The notes under the pieces were generated by a model. That model was not told the DNA's origin. It saw only the letters and a program-made list of their open reading frames with translations, and did not search any database. A stretch of DNA of 64,000 nt from positions 4,836,001 through 4,900,000 of the forward strand of contig NC_090346.1 of NCBI RefSeq assembly GCF_035084215.1. The letters are read 5' to 3'. This document shows positions 25,290-37,969 of the stretch, in pieces. The translations under genes were made by a program, and so were the position numbers. Within the stretch, counting starts at the first letter, position 1. Each line of letters opens with the position of its first letter. This DNA comes from Heptranchias perlo (lineage: Eukaryota).

Positions 25290-26889
25290 TTTATTTATAA
25301 AAATGCAAAAGCCCCATAATTCAATTTCCTGGCCTTTTGTCCAAATTGTGCCATTACTTTTGTACGCCCATTTTCAATGAACTTAAGGAAAACACCATGG
25401 AGGTAATTTTGGTTTGAAGTCAATGGAAATGAAAATTGGGAGAGATGTATAATGGGTGGCTGAATCAATATCGCTCGTTTTACACTACAATCCCCACCGC
25501 TTATAGTGGGAGCATTCATGCGAACGTGATTTGCCCTTTATACACGATGGCCTGTATATCATTTGACAGAGTTTCATAGGGTTTCTTACTACATCAATCA
25601 AATCTTTCTGAAAATGTGTTATCAAGGCTGGTATGTTTATGGCAGAGAGGCATTCTGATCCATCACAGTTCATATCCTGAAGTGCTCTGCCGACCCCTGC
25701 AGCCTCAGAATTTGCCATATTGTTGACCTTTGTAAAGTACAAACCCTCCCTTCATCAGAAACCAAAGCGACAGCAACTTTTACTTCGGAGGAAATATTAC
25801 ACCCATTTCCATCATCCCTGAGAATATAAGGTTCTGAGCTCCAGCTTTTCATTATCCAATCATATCTAGCATCTACTTTGACAGTGAGCATTACCGTAGG
25901 CTTATATCACATAAAAGATGTCTTTAGTGTCAGCAGTGTAAAAAGCCTAAGTATGTTAAAACATGCCTGTCAATCTTTGATCTCACAGAACAGACAGAAT
26001 GTTGGAGGCTCTGTATTTAATGCATGTCATCCATTTGCATTAACGTCAATTTCAGGCAGTGCCTGTGTAAGTAGCTCCATCGCTTTAATACTGAGTGTTT
26101 TATTCACTCCTTCCATCAATGAGTAGCTAAAATTCCTGTTCTAGTTTGATCTAATGTGGTAACAGTGGCTAGAGCCAGTCCAGTGGGCTGATTATTGCCT
26201 GGTTGAGCGAACTAGTGAGTAAGTATGGTTTCTGCCCGAAATAAACAAAGCACTTAAGCCACTTTGCCCGGCAACTTTAAAAATGACTTTAATGCAAATG
26301 GATAATAGTTATCACTTTTTAGCCGACTGCCTGTTTTAAACGTGGACGGTATCATCCAAAGTCAAAATTACCTCCCACCATCACCCCCCCCCCCACCCAC
26401 TCCATCAGCGAGGTAGGTCTTAAAGTGAAACAGTCATGGACTGTTTTCTTTCTCGTCCATTTTTCATTGTAGATTTCATTATAGATTACGGTGTTATTGA
26501 GATTTTGATAGCGGGTGAAAATAAGTATTTTTGGGTAATTTTTGATGCTACAATTTTTATTTCCAAACATCAGTTTTTTTTTCCTGTTCTGAAAAAAGTA
26601 TTCTGCTGTTGCTCAATAAATCATTAGAAAGCCAACTATAACGGGAGATATTGACAGGACTTCAGCACAATAGAAGCAGATGAACAAGAGGGCACATAAA
26701 AAGGATTTGTTCCAATACCAAGTTTCACAGCGATTCAAGGACCAACAAAGCATCTACGTGAATTATTTCATGGTTGAAGTGGTACAAGATAAAAAAGGCA
26801 CACAGGAAAGATTGGCAAGCACCACAGCTGGACTGTACATATCTACCACTGCAGGCCCTAGCATACCTAATGTGAGTATTGGTTTCAGT

Positions 26890-28570
26890 CATAGGAACAT
26901 AGGAACAGGAGTAGGCCATTCAGCCCCTCGTGCCTGCTCTGCCATTTGATAAGATCATGGCTGATCTGTGATCTAACTCCATATACCTGCCTTTGGCCCA
27001 TATCCCTTAATACCTTTGATTGCCAAAAAGCTATCTATCTCAAATTTAAATTTAGCAATTGAGCAAGTATCAATTGCCGTTTGCGGAAGAGTTCCAAACT
27101 TCTACCGCCCTTTGTGTGTCGAAATGTTTTCTAATCTCACTCCTGAAAGGTCTGGCTCTAATTTTTAGACTTTGCCCCCTACTCCTAGAATCCCCAACCA
27201 GCGGAAATAGTTTCTCTCTATCCACCCTATCCGTTCCCCTTAATATCTTATAAACTTCGATCAGATCACCCCTTAACCTTCAAAACTCCAGAGAATACAA
27301 CTCCAATATGTGCAATCTCTGCTCGTAACTTAACCCTTGAAGTCCGGGTATCATTATTGTAAACCTACACTGCACTCCCTCCAAGGCCAATATGTCTTCC
27401 CAAAGGTGCGGTGCCCAGAACTGCTCACAGTACTCCAGGTGCAGTCCAACCAGGGTTTTGTATAGCTGCAGCATAACTTCTGCCCCCGTGTACTCTAGAT
27501 ATAAAGGCCAGCATTCCATTAGCCTTATTGATTATTTTCTGCACCTGTTCATGACACTTCAATGATCTATGTACCTGTACCCCTAAGTCCCTTTGGACAT
27601 CCACTGTTTTTAACTTTTTACCATTTAGAAAGTACCCTGTTCTAACCTTTTTTGATCCAAAGTAGATGACCTCACATTTGTCTACATTGAATTCTATTTG
27701 CCACAGTTTTGCCCATTCACCTAATTTGTAATTTTATGTTTTCATCTACACTGCTTACAATGCCACCAATCTTTGTGTCATCGGCAAACTTAGATATCAG
27801 ACTTTCTATGCCTTCATCGTTAATAAATATTGTGAATAATTGAGACCCCAAGACAGATCCCTGCGGGACTCCACTAGTCACATCCTGCCAATGTGAGTAC
27901 CTACCCATTATCCCTACTCTCTGTCGCCTTTCGCTCAGCCAATTTCCTAACCAAGTCCGTACTTTTCCCTCGAGTCCATGGGCTTCTATCTTAGCTAACA
28001 GTCTCTTATGTGGGACCTTATCAAATGCCTTCTGGAAGTCCATATAAATAACAGCCATTGACATTCCCCTGTCCACTACTTTAGTCACCTCTTCAAAAAA
28101 TTCAATCAGGTTTGTCAGGCACGACCTACCTTTCACAAATCCATACTGGCTCTCTCAGATTGAACACCTCGAGAATTTTCAGTTAGTCACCCTATCCTTA
28201 ATTATAGACTCCAGCATTTTCCCCACAACAGGTGTTAGGCTAACTGGTTTATAATTCCCTGGTTTCCCTCTCTCTCCTTTCTTAAAAAGCGGAATGACAT
28301 GTGCAATTTTCCAATCCAGAGGGACAGTTCCTGAATCTAGAGAACTTTGAAAGATTATAGTAAGGGCATCTGCAATGTGCTCACCTACTTCCTTTAAAAC
28401 CCTGGGATGGAAACCATCTGGTCCTGGGGATTTGTCACTCTTTAGTGCTATTATTTTCTTCATTACTGTTGCTTTACTTATGTTAATTTTATCGAGTCCC
28501 TGTCCCCGATTCAATATTAGTTTTCTTGGGATTTCCGGCATGCTATCCTCTTTTTCTACTGTAAATACTG
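26890..28570 (-). mobile_element. 5'-truncated CR1 LINE (second subfamily)
   Basis: KSPGPDGFHPRVLKE, GRSCLTNLIEFFEEV, GVPQGSVLG, KFADDTK; (TTCCTATG)n tail at ~26890; frameshifts and deletions. Confidence 0.95.
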
Positions 28571-29689
28571 ACTCAGTCAGCATGAGGCTATTGCACTCCT
28601 GTGCCATAAGCTGCAAGGACACCTCCAGCCAATTTTCACCATAAGGACACCACTGCCAAAAGCAGGCAGGGTCACCACCACCCACAACTTTTGCTTCTGC
28701 CTCTTTTCAGGCTAGCGTGGGGATCATCTACAATAGCAGCCAATGCGCTGACCACATGTAAATCAAACAAGCAACTGATGCATTGGTCAGTTGGGCCAGC
28801 ACTTTTAACTTTCCCAATGTCATTGTACAGTTGTATTTCCCAAAGTAGATCGATCATTGATGGCAGCTATCTAGCAATCCTAGCTGGCAGGTTCCAACAT
28901 CTCCTCTGCCACCACCATTTGTTCCTGCTCACATATGCATTGTGACTCAGCCTTTGCTACCTCCTGAAGTTTGCTAACTGTATCATCTGGGATATGTGTT
29001 GTGCTGGAATACAGGGTACTTTAAGATGTTCTCTTGTCCTGGGCTATTACCACTGCTAGCTGGCTCCTGTTTCAGGCCCACCATATTAACTGTTGCAAGA
29101 CAAATCTTCCAGCAGAGCTCACATTGCAAGATACAAATTGTGTGTGATGTATGTCTGTATGGGAGTGAGTGAGAAAGGGAATCAGACATAAGAACTAGAT
29201 GGTATTAGTCCTGAGCTTTGGGCAAGAGCCTCCAGCTTCACCTTTCCCTACACCTTCTATGCTTTTAAATACAATGTCTTGCTTCCTCGAAGGTAGTGTA
29301 AGGCACAATTTCTGGGCCCCCTCCTTCAATTCCAATACATTGCCTTCTATTCAATGTCATATAAGCATAGAAGTTGTCTTCTGCTGTTGTAAATGGAAGG
29401 AGCATGTGCACAGTGATAGACACTTGCCCAACCTGCAGGCCATACTATGTAACAGTAAGTGACCATGCAGCTAAGTCGTGTTACAATGCTTTTACATGTG
29501 AAGCCCTTCAAAGATGCGAGTATGCCAAATGTTTCAGCTGAATGTGTACCCTGATGGAATCTGGGTTTGCATAATCAATAAAGTTGTGCGATCATTTGGC
29601 ATGGCAGATGTAAGTGAGCCACTAGTTGACAGGCAACATTTTGTGGCCTGCATACTTGGACCATATACCTGGTATTGTTGAGTAGTCTT

Positions 29690-29950
29690 ATCTCAGTAGA
29701 TTCCTTCAGATGTGCCATCTTCTTCCATATCTGTTCCCAGGTCTTGTGGATAGCACACACAGTGTTAAGCCTGACCATCACCTCTTGCCAGTTATGTTGC
29801 ACTATTGTGCTCTAGGGAGGGAGCCGTAGAGTGGTAAACTGAAAACCCCTCTTGCAACCACCTTGTGCCTACAAATTGATTTCCTGATATCATGCCAGTG
29901 TAGGGAGATACTGAGTGGAGACCAGGTGATTACCCACTGGGAGGAAGGGA
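29690..29950 (-). pseudogene. Highly decayed Harbinger-type Myb/SANT exon
   Basis: NWQEVMVRLNTVCAIHKTWEQIWKKMAHL parallels AWAEVAAEVS...RTWVQCRKRFNDL. Confidence 0.55.
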
Positions 29951-30150
29951 AAACAGAGGTCCAGACCATGGCTACTCTTCTGCATTTCCTAGTGGCTGGT
30001 TTGAGAGCAGCTCTGGTAGAGTTTGGGAAGCAGGTCTTCAAACTATTGTTTTGCTTGGGGAAGATTTGAAGAGATGAGAAATTAAATTACAAAAAAAATT
30101 ATATTTGGGTTGAAATTCTGCAGAGCTTCCTCTGGCAGGAGATCAAGAAC

Positions 30151-30501
30151 GAAGGAAATTGCATTTACATAGTGCTTTTCAGGACCCCGGCCTGAAAGGC
30201 ACTATATAAAAGCTCTTCACAGCCAATGAAATACTTTTTTGAAGTGTAGTCACTGTTGCAATGTAGGGAAATACAGCAGCTAATTTGCACACAGGAAGAT
30301 CCCACAAACATTAAATGAATGACCACATAATCTATTTTAGTGATATTGGTTGAGGGATAAATTTTGGCCAGGACACCAGGAGAACTCCCCTGCTCTTCTT
30401 CAAATATTTCCATGGGATCTCTTACATCTACCCACTAGGTTTAATATCTCATCTGAAAGACCTCACCTCTGACAACGCAGCACTCCCTCAGTAATGCACT
30501 G
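30151..30501 (-). mobile_element. Deu-domain SINE, 5'-truncated
   Basis: Homologous to the 3' three quarters of 5996-6454. Confidence 0.85.
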
Positions 30502-32060
30502 AATTGGAAATCTCCTATGGCGCAGCCCCAATGTGTATGTGTTTCATTAGGAGAAGAAGGGCACTCCAAATATGCGTAAATTTTAAATTTTGTTACTCTA
30601 GAACAGTAATTTATATAGCATTAAGTCAGCATGTTTGTTGAATGCATAGCATGATGGATTCCTGGGAATCATTAAAGAAATTATCTAATTGAGGTGGTCA
30701 ACTGATATTACAAACCACAGAAGCTGGACTGGTGTAAAATCATAACCTGTACTTTGAGATTAGATTGCAGCCATGAAGTTGCTCCCTAGTATCTTTTTAT
30801 GTCAATAAATGTATATTTTAATTTTGTGTGGTTTGGGTTCAATTCTGGGGCAATGATCAGTGCCCATGCAATTAGGTAGTTCACTCCATGCCCTTGAAAT
30901 GCAAGAAGATTAACAATTGATGTTATTACTGCAACCTTAGCAAGAAATAATCTATAGCTGGTCACATACCAGCTAACATTTTTTACATTTATTTAACCAA
31001 CTTCACCAATCAAGTGGATAGTCACCATTTTTTTTAACAGAACATCATTCTTAATTTAAACAGAAGCAAAGTACATTTCAAATTATAAATGTCCTTCAGT
31101 CCCAAAGGATTAAGTACAATCAACTGTCCATAAAACATTAATTGACTGGGTCTGGACATTCTTTGGTGTATGGCACAATGTGTCATTACTCTATTTGAAG
31201 GGTACCTCATCTTCTGTGGCTCATGCAAGTTCTTGGTATCAGTTCAAAGACAGCATCCCACAGCATGAGCTATGCTAAATACACTGCATGCTTACAATTT
31301 AAAGTACCTTACAATACATTCAGTCAAGTGTGACAGTCCAACACATTAATATAACAGTACACTATTGGACATTGCCTCCCCAGTGACATTCAAACTTTCA
31401 CTAGTAATGCAATATACAAGCATTTGAATTACATAATGTCTGGAACCATTTTATCACTTCTTAAACTGTATCTTTCTATTCCGTTTTTCTTACCATTTAA
31501 AAAGAAGCTGATATTAAGTGCTGGGGCCACAAATCTCACTGGAATAACATGAATTAGGTTGTGCTATGAATTCAGTTTGAAATGTGTCAAAATAGATTTT
31601 TTTTAATTCCCCTTTCTATAATAGAGTATAATATTTTGATAATTACATAGTCAAAAGATAAATTAATAAACAAAATTAAAATTAAACAGAAACTGACCAA
31701 TTAGATGAATACGCCACTCTTCTAAGCCACACTCTATATTGTTTTACTAAACATGATTCTACCTGAATATCATTCCACAGGCTTCAGCTTTTCTACATTT
31801 GTTGGGTGATTATTTACAATCTGTTTGCTTACCTCTTGCAGATTTTAAAGTCACATTCACATTTATTTTTAAAAACATTTTAATATAATTCCAGTATATT
31901 TCTAATTAGAGAAGTCAAGCCTTGGGGTGATGAGTGCATTGAGTAGGGTTTCAATAGCAGAGGCAAGGTAGGGGCAGAAATGGGTAACGTGTGAAAATGG
32001 ACCACAGCTATCGTGGTAACAGAATGGATGTGGGGGAGGACACTTAATTATGTGTCTACT

Positions 32061-32505
32061 TGGCTCACTCTTGCCTCAAGGTCAGAAAGTTGTTGATTTA
32101 ATCTCCTCTTCAGGATTTGAGCCCATAATCTAGGCTAATATTTCAGTTCAGTACTGAGAGTGATCAACTATCAGAAATGCTATCATTTGGATGAAATGTT
32201 GAACTGAGGCCCCGTCTACCTGTTCAGTGGTTCAAATGCTAAAGATTCCAAGACATTATTCCAAAAGGAGCGGGGAGATCTCCCGATGTCCTAGCCACCA
32301 TTCTTTCTTCAGCCAGCACCACCCAGAATAGATTAACTGCTCATTAATCTCATTGCTGTAGGTGGGACAATGCTGTGTACTGTTTGCAAAATTGCTGCCG
32401 TGTTCAGCTATATAACAGTGATTACAGCTCAAAGAAATCTATTGTGTGTGAAGCACTTTTGGGTGCTTCTAAGAGATGTGACAAGGTGCTATATAAATGC
32501 AAGCT
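32061..32505 (+). mobile_element. Deu-domain SINE (older, diverged)
   Basis: CAGTACTGAG, CTGAGGCCCCGTCTACC, AAATTGCTGCCGTGTT and GCTATATAAATGCAAG blocks in the expected order. Confidence 0.82.
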
Positions 32506-32518
32506 TATGCTTTATAAG

Positions 32519-32759
32519 TGGCCTCAGCTGCCTAGGCCCTAAGCTCTGGAATTCCCACCCTAAACCTTTCTGTCTCTCTACCTTTATCCTTCTTTAAGTC
32601 ACTCCTTTAAACCTACCTCTTTGACCAAGCTTTTGGTCACCTGTCCTAATAGCTCTTTATGTGGCTTGGTGTCAAATTTTGTCTGGTAACACTCCTATGA
32701 AGCGCCTTGGGCCGTTTTACTACATTAAAGGCTCTGTATAAATGCAAGTTGTTGTTGTT
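32519..32759 (+). mobile_element. 3' end of an L2-clade LINE
   Basis: Encodes SCLGPKLWNS-P, then AAACCTACCTCTTTGACCAAGCTTTT (KTYLF-type terminus); ends TATAAATGCAAG(TTG)n. Confidence 0.75.
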
Positions 32760-33744
32760 ATGGCCAACAAATAAAGCCATTAAACCAGCCGCAGTTCCAT
32801 TGCTATTGGATTAGAAGACTTTTCACTGCCTCTAGGAAGTCTTTATGCTTCAAGTTCACCTAGTATTTTTAAAATAAACGTTTTTGGAAAGTAGTTGATC
32901 TTAAAACTGCTGTGGAAGAAAATGAGAAATCCCACCTTCCACCAGGCAGTATGTCAGTATGGTTTTGTTGCTGAATACTTTGGTACTCTGAACCATGTTA
33001 TAGTTCTTTAGAAAGACACATTTTATATATTCGTTCATTCATTCAATATCTATTATTTAGTGCATGGGGCGTGCATTTCATTGAAAACTCGTAAGTATCA
33101 GCATTACCTGCTCCTCCTGCAATGATAGACCTTTTCAAAATTGAAGGTGTTGCATTGTATGTCCATGTGACAGCTGCGGTTTTATAGGAGCAATACAGTA
33201 GTGAGAGTAGATCATCCAGTGATTGCAAAATCTGGCCACCAGGTTCACACAAATCGCTCAAAATACTTTATAATGTTTTAATCTTTCAGCTTTTCTATAA
33301 CTGCAATTTTCATGTTCGAAGAGCGTAAACAAATTTTTAAATATCAAAAATTATCTATTTCACAAGAACATAACATTTATCCATTGAATAGTCTTTTGTG
33401 TTTTTTAATGTTTTCATTAATGTTTTAACTTGAAGGTCTCAGCTTCTCCCAAAAGCTTGGGCTTGGACTTCATACTTTTGCCCAAAGTTGTGACTCGGTG
33501 AACTGAATTTGGATTGTGCAGTCTGAGCACGTGCAGCATGCCTAATTTCCCAGGATGCGTCAGTATCATTTAGTCAGCTATTTTGATAGAATATTTTTCT
33601 TTGGTTGCTCGCACTTTCTACACAGTTGCTTTTCTTCAAATTATGTTCAAAAACAAGAGGACAAGTTTCAAAACCTTTATTGAGATGAAAATTTATGTTG
33701 AGTTTTTTTTTAAAAAAGAGGTTGTGTGTGAGAGAATTGAGTGA

Positions 33745-36135
33745 GGAGACTTTAACTTTCCCAACATTGACTGGGACAGCCATAGCATTAGGGGCTTGGA
33801 TGGAGAGAAATTTGTTGAGTGTATTCAGGAGGAATTTCTCATTCAGTATGTGGATGGCCCGACTAGAGAGGGGGCAAAACTTGACCTCCTCTTGGGAAAT
33901 AAGGAAGGGCAGGTGACAGAAGTGTTGGTGAGGGATCACTTTGGGACAAGTGATCATAATTCCATTAGTTTTAAGATAGCTATGGAGAAGGATAGGTCTG
34001 GCCCAAAAGTTAAAATTCTAAATTGGGGAAAGGCCAATTTTGATGGTATTAGACAGGAACTTTCAGAAGTTGATTGGGAGAGTCTGTTGGCAGGCAAAGG
34101 GACGTCTGGTAAGTGGGAGGCTTTCAAAAGTGTGTTAACCAGGGTTCAGGGTAAGCACATTCCTTATAAAGTGAAGGGCAAGGCTGGTAGAAGTAGGGAA
34201 CCTTGGATGACTCGGGAGATTGAGCAACTAGTCAAAAAGAAGAAGGAGGCATATGACATGCATAGGCAGCTGGGATCAAGTGGATCCCTTGAAGAGTATA
34301 GAGATTGCCGGAGTAGAGTTAAGAGAGAAATCAGGAGGGCAAAAAGGGGATATGAGATTGCTTTGGCAGATCAGGCAAAGGTGAATCCAAAGAGCTTCTA
34401 CAAATACATAAAGGGCAAAAGGGTAACTAGGGAGAGAGTAGGGCCTCTTAAGGATCAACAAGGTCATCTATGTGCGGAACCACAAGAAATGGGGGAGATC
34501 CTGAATGAATATTTCACATCGGTATTTACGGTTGAGAAAGGCATGGATGTTAGGGAACTTGGGGAAATAAATAGTGATGTCTTGAGGAGTGTACATATTA
34601 CAGAGAGGGAGGTGCTGGAAGTCTTAACGCGCATCAAGGTAGATAAATCTCCGGGACCTGATTAAATGTATCCCAGGACGTTATGGGAGGTTAGGGAGGA
34701 AATTGCGGGTCCCCTAGCAGAGATATTTGAATCATCCACCGCTACAGGTGAGGTGCCTGAAGATTGGAGGGTAGCAAATGTTGTGCCTTTGTTTAAGAAG
34801 GGCGGCAGGGAAAAGCCTGGGAACTACAGACCAGTGAGCCTGACATCTGTAGTGGGTAAGTTGTTAGAGGGTATTCTGAGGGACAGGATCTACAGGCATT
34901 TGGAGAGGCAGGGACTAATTAGGAACAGTCAGCATGGTTTTGTGAGAGAAAAATCATGTCTCACGAATTTGATTGAGTTTTTTGAAGGGGTAACCAAGAA
35001 GATAGATGAGGGCTGTGCAGTAGACGTGGTCTACATGGACTTCAGCAAAGCATTTGACAAGGTACCGCATGGTAGGTTGTTACATAAGGTTAAATCTCAT
35101 GGGATCCAAGGTGAGGTAGCCAATTGGATACAAAATTGGCTTGACGACAGAAGACAGAGGGTGGTTGTAGAGGGTTGTTTTTCAAACTGGATGCCTGTGT
35201 CCAGCGGTGTGCCTCAGGGATCGGTGCTGGGTCCGCTGTTATTTGTTATTTATATTAATGATTTGGATGAGAATTTAGGAGGCATGGTTAGTAAGTTTGC
35301 AGATGACACCAAGATTGGTGGCATTGTGGACAGTGAAGAAGGTTATCTGGGATTGCAACGGGATCTTGATCAATTGGGCCAGTGGGCCGATGAATGGCAG
35401 ATGGAGTTTAATTTAGATAAATGTGAGGTGATGCATTTTGGTAGATCGAATCGGGCCAGGACCTACTCTGTTAATGGTAGGGCGTTGGGGAGAGTTATAG
35501 AACAAAGAGATCTAGGAGTACAGATTCATAGCTCCTTGAAAGTGGAGTCACAGGTGGATAGGGTGGTGAAGAAGGCATTCGGCATGCTTGGTTTCATTGG
35601 TCAGAACATTGAATGCAGGAGTTGGGATGTCTTGTTGAAGTTGTACAGGGCATTGGTGAGGCCACACTTGGAGTACTGTGTACAGTTCTGGTCACCCTAT
35701 TATAGAAAGGATATTATTAAACTAGAAAGAGTGCAGAAAAGATTTACTAGGATGCTACCGGGACTTGATGGTTTGACTTACAGGGAGAGGTTAGACAGAC
35801 TGGGACTTTTTTCCCTGGAGAGTAGGAGGTTAAGGGGTGATCTTATAGAAGTCTATAAAATAATGAGGGGCATAGATAAGGTCGATAGTCAAAATCTTTT
35901 CCCAAAGGTAGGGGAGTCTATAACGAGGGGGCATAGATTTAAGGTGAGAGGGGAGAGATACAAAAGGGTCCAGAGGGGCAATTTTTTCACTCAAAGGGTG
36001 GTGAGTGTCTGGAACAAGCTGCCAGAGGCAGTAGTAGAGGCGGGTACAATTTTGTCTTTTAAAAAGCATTTGGACAGTTACATGGGTAAGATGGGTATAG
36101 AGGGATATGGGCCAAGTGCAGGCAATTGGGACTAG
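33745..36135 (+). pseudogene. CR1 ORF2 (reverse transcriptase), 5'-truncated, one nonsense codon
   Basis: ORFs 33796-34665 and 34666-36135 are contiguous in frame (KSPGPD*MYPR). RT motifs QHGF, DFSKAFDKV, GVPQGSVLGP, FADD. Confidence 0.95.
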
Positions 36136-36220
36136 CTTAGTGGTATAAACTGGGCGACATGGACATGTTGGGCCGAAGGGCCTGTTTCCATGTTGTAACT
36201 TCTATGATTCTATGATTCTA
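33745..36220 (+). mobile_element. Young 5'-truncated CR1 LINE (end of APE endonuclease, full RT, 3' UTR)
   Basis: Frame runs from GDFNFPNIDW (33745) to the stop at 36135 with one internal TAA (34663-34665). (TTCTATGA)n tail at ~36200-36220. Confidence 0.97.
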
Positions 36221-36919
36221 TACACCTATTGTAGATTTCGTGTTCTATAAACTTCTAAAAGTGCACTAAACTGAAGGAAAAAGAGAGGGGAGCAAGACAG
36301 GGAGACTACATGTTAAAGTTAGTTTAATTTTCAACAAAAACATTGGTGGAATTTTGAAGCCAATTATTTATCCACCTGTGTTTAGCTGACAATTAGAGAT
36401 GATAATTGTTAATTCCATTCACCTGCATGACAGAGGAATGTGAATTCAACATTATTGTGCCCCTTTTCCAGGCATGAGTCAGGTGCAACAATAACCCAGT
36501 TTATAGCGCAGAGGCCTGCACCCGAACCGCAAGATCTCTCGTAGCCACCTGGAAAGAGCGCAAGCATTGAAACAAGGCTCCTGTGCTCATTTCCGATGTA
36601 TATGCCTAAATTTTTGCAGATTTTAATTCCTGTTGCATTATGATATTTAATTGGCAAATAGTATAAAGTTTCTCTGACATGGGGCCAATGTAAATCAACT
36701 GAACCAAAAAATGTTGGTTCTTTATTCATGAGGGAGGGTATTTGGATTTAATTTTCATCACAGATTTATTTAGATTAGCTGTAGCTTGTGCTTCGCAATG
36801 TCCGGCCAGTATTTTGGGGTTTTAAGCTGCCTAACCAGCAGTTCTTAAAGGCAATGCTGAAGGTCCCTTCAAGGAAAAGCCCCAAAACTTCCTCAAATAT
36901 CCTTTTTGTGGAGTTGGAT

Positions 36920-37110
36920 CCTCTTCGAAATAGTGCCATGGAACCGTTTACATTTAACTTAGAGGGCAAAGAGGCCTCAGTTTAACGTCTCATCCGAAAG
37001 ACGGCATCTCCAACGGTGCAGCCCCTCTCAGCAGATTATGTGCTCAAGTCTCGGGAGTGGGACATGAACTCACAACCTTCTGACTTAGAGGCGAGAGTGC
37101 TACTACTGAG
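36920..37110 (-). mobile_element. Deu-domain SINE, 5' half
   Basis: CTCTTCGAAATAGTGCCATGG...CAACCTTCTGACTTAGAGGCGAGAGTGCTACTACTGAGC matches the other copies. Confidence 0.82.
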
Positions 37111-37285
37111 CACTACTTCTTAAACAACTAATAGATATTAAAGCTCATCAGGTACTCCTGTGGTCTTCATCAATCACAAGTTATCTAGTCAATCTCGCTA
37201 ATGTAGATATTTTATCATATGGCTCAAAAACACGACATCTGTATAATTAAAAATCGTGCATATAGCATGTCACACATTAAACTGG

Positions 37286-37320
37286 CAAGCTTTCGGAGGC
37301 TACCTCCTTCCTCAGGTGAA
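37286..37320 (-). ncRNA. Candidate minimal hammerhead ribozyme motif (Penelope-associated), 3' strand of stem I absent
   Basis: Minus strand reads TTCAC-CTGAGGA-a-GGAGG-tag-CCTCC-GAAA-gc-TT-g: CUGANGA box, 5 bp stem II, GAAA box, palindromic AAGCTT stem III, UH site. Confidence 0.7.
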
Positions 37321-37778
37321 CGATGTGGAAATTAAATCCTCGAAATGAAGTCGCATTTATAATTCACATAACAATGCTTGGTGAGTACAGACAGTTTTTT
37401 CAACTGCCCGTTGCCAAGGCAATCAGTGTGCAGACAGACAGGTGTTACCTGCCAGGTCTCACAGAATATACAAATCACCAAAAAAAAACAAACAAAAAAA
37501 AAGAGATAGAGAGGTAGAAACATAGAAAAGACAGCAACTGACCCGTTATATTAAAAACAGATAACATTTGTTCGCTGGTGGGGTAACGTGTAGCGTGACA
37601 TGAACCCAAGATCCCGGTTGAGGCCGTCCTCATGGGTGCGGAACTTGGCAATCAATTTCTGCTCGACGATTTTGCGTTGTCGTGTGTCTCGAAGACCGCC
37701 TTGGAGTATGCTTACCCGAAGGTCGGTGCCTGAATGTCCTTGACTGCTGAAGTGTTCCCCGACTGGGAGGGAACCCTC

Positions 37779-37969
37779 CTGTTTGGCGATTGTTGCGCGG
37801 TGTCCGTTCATCCGTTGTCGCAGTGTCTGCATGGTCTCGCCAATGTACCTCATACATTGTCTACCTCATACGTTGCAGGAAAGGATGCCCCAGAGCATGG
37901 TACATTGGCGAGACCATGCAGACACTGCGACAACGGATGAACGGACACCGCGCAACAATCGCCAAACAG
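37779..37969. repeat. Perfect 71 bp inverted repeat with 49 bp spacer
   Basis: 37779-37849 is the exact reverse complement of 37899-37969. Confidence 0.96.

Larger units (their letters stand above)
37286..37969 (-). mobile_element. Penelope-like retroelement 3' fragment with an inverted 5' segment
   Basis: YIGETMQTLRQRMNGHR...VGEHFS...H...EQKLIAKFRTHEDGLNRDLGF is a Penelope GIY-YIG endonuclease C-terminus, followed by a 3' non-coding tail. Confidence 0.92.

Noticed and set aside
25485-25891. Overlapping 73-85 aa minus-strand ORFs as a host exon
   Set aside because: No recognisable domain and no convincing splice pair.
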